Under the pieces are notes generated by a model. That model was not told the origin of the DNA, ran no database searches, and was given only the letters and a program-made list of their open reading frames with translations. The position numbers and the translations under genes are program-made. DNA of 32,584 nt from a virus (taxonomy: Duplodnaviria > Caudoviricetes), in IMG/VR virus record IMGVR_UViG_3300025848_000121, positions 1-32,584 of that record; one strand, 5' to 3'. Within the stretch, counting starts at the first letter, position 1, and each line of letters begins with the position of its first letter. Positions 8,119-15,019 of the stretch are shown piece after piece.

Positions 8119-8964
8119 TTAAACGCCGAATCTGCTTTTGAAATTCTCACGATCCTTGAGGAACATCGAAAAATACTGCTCTATTCTATTCTCCACGACT
8201 GGTTTGCTAAAACCCTGTTCGGTTTTATTGTTTAGCGGCACGATACAGATTTGCTTTACGTCCTCGAAGCCTTTCATTTTTGAGTACGCACTTAATTGTT
8301 TAAAAGCTTTGGTTTTATCGACTGTTCTTTTCACATCAAAAAGAGTCAAAACTTTTTCGGCTCCTTTGAAGTCTGGAATCCCGATAAAATCAGGAGTCCC
8401 GCCGTATTTAAATTCTTCGTTGATCGACGATCCTGTATTTTTCATTTCTAAGATCGGGTATTTTTTTAAAAAATCAGGAAATGACCAACCCTCTGTGTCT
8501 AGGGTCAAATTTCCCTTTTTGACAATCACAATATCCGCCCAAGTGTCGGGCGTGTCTTTAGCTTCTGCCCAAATTCCCGTTTTAATAAAATGCTCTACTT
8601 GCTTATGGCAGATATTCGACTGAGAGGCGTATTGGGCGAGTTCTTCTGGGCTACAATACATTTCCGCATCCCATCCGATAATCGAAGTAACAGAAGGCAC
8701 TTTTTGGCCTGTGGAGTCGGTATACCAACGGATGTCCTTACGCTCACGATTGACACGCTCGACAATCGCCTGCTCTTCGCAAGCTTTAAAATTGTCATAG
8801 CATACCTTTTGAAGATCCTTTTGAATTTTATCTATAGTCAAGATCAGCGGCGAGTCTTTGTCTAGGTCGTATTCGATCTCCGCACTAAAGGCCGGGCGGG
8901 AGTTTTCAAAGCTTCCCCGATTGATGACTCCTGTGAATCCTGAGCTTATTTTTATCTTCATCAC
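8119..8964 (-). CDS. PD-(D/E)XK family exonuclease
   Basis: PSVTSII, YGGTPDFIG, LFDVKR, KQLSAY motifs. Confidence 0.78.
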   Translation of the reverse strand: MMKIKISSGFTGVINRGSFENSRPAFSAEIEYDLDKDSPLILTIDKIQKDLQKVCYDNFKACEEQAIVERVNRERKDIRWYTDSTGQKVPSVTSIIGWDAEMYCSPEELAQYASQSNICHKQVEHFIKTGIWAEAKDTPDTWADIVIVKKGNLTLDTEGWSFPDFLKKYPILEMKNTGSSINEEFKYGGTPDFIGIPDFKGAEKVLTLFDVKRTVDKTKAFKQLSAYSKMKGFEDVKQICIVPLNNKTEQGFSKPVVENRIEQYFSMFLKDRENFKSRFGV

Positions 8965-9164
8965 ATCGCCCCTTTCATGATTTTGTTAAATTCGTCCATC
9001 TCGTCCAATTCCTTTTTCTTTTGTTCGCTGATCCCAGGAAGGCTGTCGATCTTGTAATCTAGCCAACGCTCAATAGATGCTCTAATTTTTAAGGTCGCAC
9101 TAACTCCCGGATTTAATTCAAGCATAAACTTAATAAACGCTTTGTATTTTTGCTCTTCAGTCAT
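8961..9164 (-). CDS. Hypothetical protein
   Basis: 67-aa ORF with a GGAGG RBS. Confidence 0.6.
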   Translation of the reverse strand: MTEEQKYKAFIKFMLELNPGVSATLKIRASIERWLDYKIDSLPGISEQKKKELDEMDEFNKIMKGAM

Positions 9165-9241
9165 TTTTTAAACCTCCCCGGAAAGTCGCTCAATAAAATA
9201 AAGAACAGCACAACCAATAGAACGTATAGAATTTTACCCAC
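9161..9241 (-). CDS. Putative single-pass membrane peptide (26 aa)
   Basis: GTG-start MGKILYVLLVVLFFILLSDFPGRFKK*; fills the gap and overlaps both neighbours. Confidence 0.4.
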   Translation of the reverse strand: MGKILYVLLVVLFFILLSDFPGRFKK

Positions 9242-9464
9242 GGCTTTTCCATGCCTCCGAATTATCAGGTGCCATAATTCTAACTTTCAACCCCTCAGCC
9301 AAAACTTCGGCCTTCCAGAAAGCTTCCTCTTCGTTTTCGTACTCTTTAAAAGCCACCCACCCGCCAGCGGAGCGTGACCAATATTGAACGTCCCACGTTT
9401 CACGCTCTAATCGATTCCAAGGTGCATTAAAAGAATCTGCTATCTGCTTATCCACGTCTAACAT
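9234..9464 (-). CDS. Hypothetical protein
   Basis: 76-aa ORF overlapping the lysozyme stop. Confidence 0.6.
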   Translation of the reverse strand: MLDVDKQIADSFNAPWNRLERETWDVQYWSRSAGGWVAFKEYENEEEAFWKAEVLAEGLKVRIMAPDNSEAWKSRG

Positions 9465-9873
9465 TGGCCACCGCCTTTTTGTATTTTTTAATATACGATG
9501 TTGCGACTACTCCCCTTTTAACAAATCCTATCCCTTGATTGTAAGCTGATAATCTAGTCTCTAGGGTATCTGGAATTTTCATTCTTTTGAGGTATGCGGG
9601 CAAAACTCCGTTTATATAGGCATCGGCTATGATTCTCGCCGATCTAGGCTCTAATGCGTCCTTATGCTTAAATTTGGCCTTTAAAAACCTATTGGCGTCT
9701 AAAACGGCTTCTTTGTGGAGCTGAAACTCGCCCAATGCGAGGCCGTTATCCCCGATTGCCTTTGGATTTCCTCCGCTTTCCACCATAGCCAAAGCATCAA
9801 GATTGACGTTAAAAGCCGAGGCCGTTGGGACAAACGCAAGACTAATCATAATAAACACCGCCTCTCTAAGCAT
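9448..9873 (-). CDS. Lysozyme-like/lytic transglycosylase with N-terminal signal peptide
   Basis: AMVESGG catalytic Glu motif, GDNGLALGEFQ, SAYNQG; hydrophobic N-terminus ending ASA. Confidence 0.78.
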   Translation of the reverse strand: MLREAVFIMISLAFVPTASAFNVNLDALAMVESGGNPKAIGDNGLALGEFQLHKEAVLDANRFLKAKFKHKDALEPRSARIIADAYINGVLPAYLKRMKIPDTLETRLSAYNQGIGFVKRGVVATSYIKKYKKAVANVRRG

Positions 9874-10033
9874 TGGGATGATCCATCTTTTTAGCCAATC
9901 TTAAATCCCTCTTCGCAAGCCAAGTCATCCAGGGAGCAATTTTACCTTTAAAGCCACGGATCTCGCTTGCTTGCTTGTACTCTTCCTTTTCCTTTTCTGT
10001 ACTCTGAACCATAACAAACTTCCGATTATTCAC
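9866..10033 (-). CDS. Putative ribbon-helix-helix transcription regulator (55 aa)
   Basis: Manual translation MNNRKFVMVQSTEKEKEEYKQASEIRGFKGKIAPWMTWLAKRDL...; strand-helix-G-helix pattern; GGAGG RBS directly behind a promoter. Confidence 0.55.
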   Translation of the reverse strand: MNNRKFVMVQSTEKEKEEYKQASEIRGFKGKIAPWMTWLAKRDLRLAKKMDHPNA

Positions 10034-10056
10034 TTTAAAACCTCCGTTTTTTTGTA

Positions 10057-10085
10057 ATTATAATACTATGACATTGTAAACGCAA
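10057..10085 (-). promoter_or_regulatory. Sigma70-like promoter
   Basis: TTGCGT-N17-TATAAT on the minus strand. Confidence 0.6.
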
Positions 10086-10367
10086 AGCTTTTTGTTTTGT
10101 ATTTGAAAAAAAGCTACGCCCGAACGCCCGAAGTACGAATCCCCAGAACCCGCCGCAAGACGCACACAGCACACAACCGCCCTCTTTTCTTTACTTGCCC
10201 GATGAACCCATTACACTTGACGCATCTTTTTAAGTCCATTTAAAACCCCCTATTCTTTATTCCAAGGCGTCGGCGTATGCATGGTTTTATTCTCCTGTTG
10301 TGCTTCGTGAATTTGTTCCGCTATTAAATCTAAGTCTGGTTCGTGTTTGCTCATGGTCTAGGCTCCT

Positions 10368-10976
10368 TTATTGGTTAGCTTTAAAAAATGCTTTAGCGAA
10401 ATTCTGACTGCATAATGATCTGAAGCTCATATCATCATCGACTTTAAAATTTTTAAACTCTTCTATGTGATTAATTGCGCTCTTATGTAAGAACGCCATA
10501 GAAGGCTTCGGTCTTCCTGGCCTTACATACAAAGCGGGATTTTTAGGTACCTGTCCCCACTTCGTATAAAGTGGCGGCGGAATTTTGAACACACCCCAGA
10601 GAGCCGTCTTTTTAGTCCAAGGGCTTCCGTATTGCCAGGGCTCATAGGTCATTGTCGGCCTGCCTAGAAACTCTTTAAGTCTTCCGCTTGCGGGGTTCTC
10701 TAATGCCCAAAAAACAGGCTTGCACGTCTCTATAATCCTCAAACAATGCCTGACCATGACTAAGCCCTTCGCCGTATCTAACCTCTTGTGAAAGCCTCTC
10801 GCTATGCTGAACTCCGTGCAGACTGGGTTTGCAATAACTCCGTAAACATTATCGGGCGGGACATAATTCTCAACGCCTATATCCTTGCCGATCAAGCGCA
10901 CGTCATAGCCTGCATCCTGATAGGGCTTAGAATCGCTTCCGATATCAGCGCAAAGATGAAGGACGATTTTTTTCAT
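10368..10976 (-). CDS. Minimal C5-cytosine DNA methyltransferase-like protein (paralog 2)
   Basis: LHLCADIGSDS, ANPVCTEFS, LENP, KKTALWG; 202 aa; clearly paralogous to 4088..4684. Confidence 0.72.
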   Translation of the reverse strand: MKKIVLHLCADIGSDSKPYQDAGYDVRLIGKDIGVENYVPPDNVYGVIANPVCTEFSIARGFHKRLDTAKGLVMVRHCLRIIETCKPVFWALENPASGRLKEFLGRPTMTYEPWQYGSPWTKKTALWGVFKIPPPLYTKWGQVPKNPALYVRPGRPKPSMAFLHKSAINHIEEFKNFKVDDDMSFRSLCSQNFAKAFFKANQ

Positions 10977-11197
10977 AGTCTACTTTTTAGCCATTTAAAA
11001 GCATTATTAGAATCGATGAATATCTCATCCTCGTTATAAGCAACAGTCCAGAAAGTTCCGTCTTTAAATTCCACTATCCAACGGTCTTTTTTGTCAAAGA
11101 TAAAGGCTATGGCATTCTCGTTGATATCTTCTGGAGCGCATCCGATCTTATTCTCAATTTCCGATCTATCCCAAAAAACGTCTAATCGCTTTCTCAT
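10973..11197 (-). CDS. Hypothetical protein
   Basis: 74-aa ORF with ATGA overlaps. Confidence 0.6.
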   Translation of the reverse strand: MRKRLDVFWDRSEIENKIGCAPEDINENAIAFIFDKKDRWIVEFKDGTFWTVAYNEDEIFIDSNNAFKWLKSRL

Positions 11198-11460
11198 AGG
11201 TCACACTCCTTGCACATAAACTTGACCCCGCCATAACTTCTAGTGCTATCATCGGCAAATTCGATCATCATAATCTCTGGATAATACCCTCCACAGATAG
11301 CGCATTCCTGGGTATTTTCTAATTCCTCTATGGTTAGCTTCATTTTATTTTCCTTTCTGGTTTTTGGGAAAGCCCGCTCTCTTAATTCCATCAAGCTATT
11401 TATCTCTTCCTCGCTTTTGCCTTTCATCCACAAGGGAATATTTTCCATATTTGTTTTCAT
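11194..11460 (-). CDS. Hypothetical protein with C-terminal zinc ribbon
   Basis: CAICG...CKEC; a second start (MKLTIEE, behind AAGGA) is possible. Confidence 0.6.
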   Translation of the reverse strand: MKTNMENIPLWMKGKSEEEINSLMELRERAFPKTRKENKMKLTIEELENTQECAICGGYYPEIMMIEFADDSTRSYGGVKFMCKECDL

Positions 11461-11462
11461 TT

Positions 11463-12062
11463 TTAATGTTTATTGACGGTTATATTAAGCCCTGAAGATT
11501 TCCAACAGGCATTGCAAGCAGTACAGTCCTGGATGCATGAAGCTTGGGCTTTCTTGTCGACGATCGTAAAGGTATTATTAAAATAGGCCTTGCGGAATTC
11601 ATATAGGCCTTTGTCTCTCATGGTAGATGATTCATCGAAAGACGCTATAAGGACAAAGTTTGACGGCTTCCCGCTAAAATCTAAGTGGAAAGACTTAGTG
11701 TATGCATAAAACGTCAAACCCGGGAATTCTTTAGCAATTAAGAACCAATTATCTAAGTAAGCTTGACTATAAAAATCCCCGGCCTCGTGAATTCTTACTT
11801 GTTTAATTTTCTTCTGATTCTTTTGAATAATTCCAATCATTAAAGACGGAAAATTATTGCTCATAGTCAATTTAAGATTATGCTTTCTTGCTGGGTATAC
11901 TTGCGGGTAAAGTCTTTCGGCCTTTAATGCATAGCAGTCTTTAGAACAAAGAGCCGTTTTTCCCGGGCAAGTCTTCACGGCGGGAATATTAAAAATCAAT
12001 GTATCTTTTGGGAGTTTCTTATTGCCAAAGCTTACTTTTGGCGATAGTTCTAGAGTTTCCAT
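11463..12062 (-). CDS. Gp88-family phage protein (Cys-rich, radical-SAM-like)
   Basis: GNKKL...FNIPAVKTCPG...C...CYA, VRIHEAGDF, FYAYTKS, C-terminal CxxxCxxCxxCW. Confidence 0.75.
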   Translation of the reverse strand: METLELSPKVSFGNKKLPKDTLIFNIPAVKTCPGKTALCSKDCYALKAERLYPQVYPARKHNLKLTMSNNFPSLMIGIIQKNQKKIKQVRIHEAGDFYSQAYLDNWFLIAKEFPGLTFYAYTKSFHLDFSGKPSNFVLIASFDESSTMRDKGLYEFRKAYFNNTFTIVDKKAQASCIQDCTACNACWKSSGLNITVNKH

Positions 12063-12100
12063 CGTGTCCTCTCTCTGCCGAAAGATCGGCGGTTAAAGTG

Positions 12101-12262
12101 TTAAGCTTGCGCTTTTAATTGTTGTTTAGTGATCCAATTTTGTTTAATCGAATTGATCTTACTGATTGCCTTTTGTACGTTTTCCCTTGCCATGCAAGCG
12201 TCATTCATGGCATCTTCTAGCAATCTTTCCAACTCCTCAACGTCTACATTTACTTTTGTCAT
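12101..12262 (-). CDS. Hypothetical helical protein (53 aa), first gene of the leftward operon
   Basis: MTKVNVDVEELERLLEDAMNDAC...; AAAGGTGG RBS. Confidence 0.55.
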   Translation of the reverse strand: MTKVNVDVEELERLLEDAMNDACMARENVQKAISKINSIKQNWITKQQLKAQA

Positions 12263-12321
12263 ATCATCCACCTTTCTTTAGTTACCTGCTCTTGATCTAT
12301 TAACGTCCTGCTGATGTAAAT

Positions 12322-12350
12322 ACTTTAGCATTGACTACGTAATTACACAA
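12322..12350 (-). promoter_or_regulatory. Candidate leftward (early) promoter
   Basis: TTGTGT-N17-TAAAGT with TGn extension on the minus strand. Confidence 0.4.
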
Positions 12351-12432
12351 GAACTATTTTCCCAATACAGATAAAATAGTTTGAAGAAAGTTTTAGACTT
12401 TGACTATTTTCTAAAATCCGCCGCTTTAATGA

Positions 12433-12540
12433 AATCAACATATAGTGTCTATTACCTAATAAAGACACAACTAATAGTGTATCTAATCAATAGTTACTAT
12501 ATCTTGTATTAAATACTTGACAAACCACTATATATTGTGC
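12433..12540. promoter_or_regulatory. Four tandem NrdR-box-like 16-bp operators
   Basis: aatcaacatatagtgt (12433), acacaactaatagtgt (12465), ttactatatcttgtat (12494), ccactatatattgtgc (12525) versus consensus acaCwAtATaTwGtgt; start-to-start spacing 32, 29 and 31 bp. Confidence 0.6.
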
Positions 12541-12546
12541 TATATG
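12517..12546 (+). promoter_or_regulatory. Candidate rightward (late/terS) promoter
   Basis: TTGACA at 12517, TG-c-TATATG 18 nt downstream; no SD before the ATG at 12554, so possibly leaderless. Confidence 0.5.
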
Positions 12547-12553
12547 GTTTATT

Positions 12554-12931
12554 ATGCCTCCTCTAAAGAACGTTAAGCACGAGAAATTCGCAAGGGCAGT
12601 TATAAAATCGCCCTCTTTAACGAAAGCTTATGCTGAGACATACCAGGTAGAGCCGGACAAATCAGCAAGGAACTCTGCCTCACGAATTATTAACGATTAC
12701 CCTGCCGTAAAAAATAGAATCTCTGAGTTGTTGGCTAACGATGGTGTGTCAGTGCAACGTCTTAACAAAAAGCTATCTGACTTGCTTGAGAATGAAAGCT
12801 CAGACGTTCAATTCAGAAGCTTGCGCCTTGGATACGAACTACACGGCGCACTCGACCGCACATCTTCGCCCGAATCAAGCAAAGAGATAAACATCCAGAT
12901 CAATATTATGGGCAACGATGTAAGTATATGA
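12554..12931 (+). CDS. terS: Terminase small subunit
   Basis: LKNVKHEKFA...KAYAETY...ASRI helix-turn-helix N-terminus; first gene before terL. Confidence 0.78.
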   Translation: MPPLKNVKHEKFARAVIKSPSLTKAYAETYQVEPDKSARNSASRIINDYPAVKNRISELLANDGVSVQRLNKKLSDLLENESSDVQFRSLRLGYELHGALDRTSSPESSKEINIQINIMGNDVSI

Positions 12932-12956
12932 TACCAATGGACTTACGTCATGCACA

Positions 12957-12984
12957 ACCTAACATAATTATTACTATAGGACGT
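12957..12984 (-). other. dif-like XerC/XerD recombination site
   Basis: Minus strand ACGTCCTATAG-TAATAA-TTATGTTAGGT (11-6-11); right arm 9/11 to the E. coli XerD arm TTATGTTAAAT. Confidence 0.55.
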
Positions 12985-13114
12985 TGAGTCATTGTCTAAC
13001 ACTGAGCAAACTGTGTTGAATGGTGGGGGTGGAGTGACCCCAGCCACCGCTAATGAAGGGGTGGGTGGTTACTGTCATACCCTCCCCACTACATCCAGCC
13101 CTCAAAAAGTAAAA

Positions 13115-14755
13115 ATGTCCAAGGAGGAATTATCTGCGTTCAGGCGTGAGAACGTAGCTAGGGCAAGGGAGAAGAGGCGGTTGATCTTTGAGGCGAAGAA
13201 AGCAGGGGGGGTGGGTTCAGAGGATTCTCCTGTTGGGAAAAAGTCTGAAAAGGCCGATCCTATTATAAAAAAACCCGCCAAAAAGGAAAAAGTTGCGAAG
13301 GCTGTGTCCTCGAAGCCCATGCCTGGGATTAACTTAGCGGAAGACGTAGCCCCGTCTAAGGACTCAGTGACGATGAAGATTGATCTGAGTGCGAAGCAGG
13401 GGGAAGCTCTAAGGAACCCTGCGAAGTTCCTGCTGTATGGGGGAGCCAAGGGCGGAGGGAAGTCCTGGTTTATCTGTATCTGGATGTTCTTAATGGCTGT
13501 TAAGTACAAGGGTAACAAGTTGTTCTTCTGCCGTAGGCGGTCTGTTGACTTCACGAATACCACTCTTGAGACATGGAAGAAGAGTATCCCTGCGAATCTT
13601 TATAGGATTAACGAGCAGAAGAAGAAGATTTACATTGATAGGTCTGGGAGCGTGATTGACTACGGAGGTTTGGACGATCCTCTACTTATTCAGAGCTTAA
13701 ACTCAGCCGAGTACGCTCATATTGGAATCGACCAAGCTGAGGAAGTAGAGCAGGACTCATTTTCTATGATTCGTGGGACGCTTCGTCATAAGTTACCCGA
13801 TGGCACGTTTCCTCCCTACCAAGTTCGCCTCACGGCCAATCCAGCGCAGTGTTGGTTAAAGGACAAGTTCATTCTTAACCCCGAAAAGGATTTCGCCTTT
13901 ATCGGGGCGTTGCCCTCCGACAATCCCCACCTTCCGAAAGATTATACGGAAAACCTCAGAGAAGCCTTCAAGCATCGGCCAAATTTGTTGGCCGCCTACC
14001 TCTATGGTTCGTGGGACGACTTGGCGGGGCATAACGTTTGTATTCAGGGAAGCTGGATTAATGATGCGAAGAAGCGGAAGTCAGAGGATCGTGCGTTAAA
14101 GAGGGTGATCGTGAATGACCCTGCAAGATTCGGTGACGACGAGAACGTGATTTACGTCATGGAGGACGATGGCCGTGTGATGTCAGTGGTCGAGCAGATT
14201 TATCTTGAGCATAAGAGCCTTATGGATACGGCTGGGCGTCTAAGTTCTCTTCGCCGAAAGTGGGACGCTCAGATTATCGCAGTGGACGTAATTGGTATTG
14301 GAGCTGGGATTGTGGATGCACTCTATGAGTTAAAGGAGCCTGTCCTTGCGATTAACTCTTCTTCAAAGCCGACCGTTGAGAATAAGCAGAGAAAGTACAT
14401 GAACCTACGCTCTCAGCTTTGGATGGAGGCGGGAGAACTTTTCGCCAATTCGAGAGTTGCGTTACCTGAGGATTCTATCCTTTCAGGACAGCTTGCGGGG
14501 GTTAAATTCGATTACAACTCCACCGGGAAGATTCAAGTTGAGTCGAAGGATGAAATTAAGAAGAGACTCGGAAGATCTCCCGATAGAGGCGATTCCTTCG
14601 TTATGGGCTTATTTGCCCTTGAGTACGTCAGCAATCAGGATGTTAAGGATATGGCCTTAGCCTCAGGGGACTCTCAGGGTCAGGGTGAGAGAGTCTACTC
14701 ACAGCCTCATGATATGGTGGGTGTGGGCGAGGACTTCAGCGGGTACAACCTTTGA
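13115..14755 (+). CDS. terL: Terminase large subunit
   Basis: Walker A GGAKGGGKS, Walker B IGIDQAEE, TANP coupling motif, nuclease DPARFGDD and RSPDRGDS. Start uncertain (ORF open from 12992); basic low-complexity N-terminal extension. Confidence 0.93.
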   Translation: MSKEELSAFRRENVARAREKRRLIFEAKKAGGVGSEDSPVGKKSEKADPIIKKPAKKEKVAKAVSSKPMPGINLAEDVAPSKDSVTMKIDLSAKQGEALRNPAKFLLYGGAKGGGKSWFICIWMFLMAVKYKGNKLFFCRRRSVDFTNTTLETWKKSIPANLYRINEQKKKIYIDRSGSVIDYGGLDDPLLIQSLNSAEYAHIGIDQAEEVEQDSFSMIRGTLRHKLPDGTFPPYQVRLTANPAQCWLKDKFILNPEKDFAFIGALPSDNPHLPKDYTENLREAFKHRPNLLAAYLYGSWDDLAGHNVCIQGSWINDAKKRKSEDRALKRVIVNDPARFGDDENVIYVMEDDGRVMSVVEQIYLEHKSLMDTAGRLSSLRRKWDAQIIAVDVIGIGAGIVDALYELKEPVLAINSSSKPTVENKQRKYMNLRSQLWMEAGELFANSRVALPEDSILSGQLAGVKFDYNSTGKIQVESKDEIKKRLGRSPDRGDSFVMGLFALEYVSNQDVKDMALASGDSQGQGERVYSQPHDMVGVGEDFSGYNL

Positions 14756-15019
14756 AGAACCCTAGCGATTTCAAAGAACTTGATTTTTACCATGATGTTA
14801 AAGAGCGTCCTATCAAGCTTCAGAGTTTTAAGTCAAAGCAAATCGAGGAACTTGTTAGCGAACAATTTAATGAGTTTAAGAAAAATGAAATGCAACGGGA
14901 CAGTTAGTTTTTGGAATAGGCTGAAGCATATTAAGTTTCAGTCTCCAATTTATTTTGGAACTTGCAGGTACTGCGTCATAGAACATGATCGTTCATGGAG
15001 TGAAAAGTGGAAGAGATAA
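14752..15019 (+). CDS. Probably one or two small hypothetical ORFs between terL and portal
   Basis: A 51-aa TTG-start ORF (MKNPSDFKELDFY...) overlaps the terL stop, followed by MKCNGTVSFW...CRYC in another frame. Confidence 0.35.

Noticed and set aside
1584-11039. Plus-strand ORFs within the left arm (for example 3146..3514, 6460..6780, 8138..8623)
   Set aside because: Antisense to well-supported genes, without RBS or recognisable motifs.
12433-12540. Mini CRISPR array
   Set aside because: Units are degenerate 16-mers with 13-16 bp gaps, fitting operators; no cas genes.
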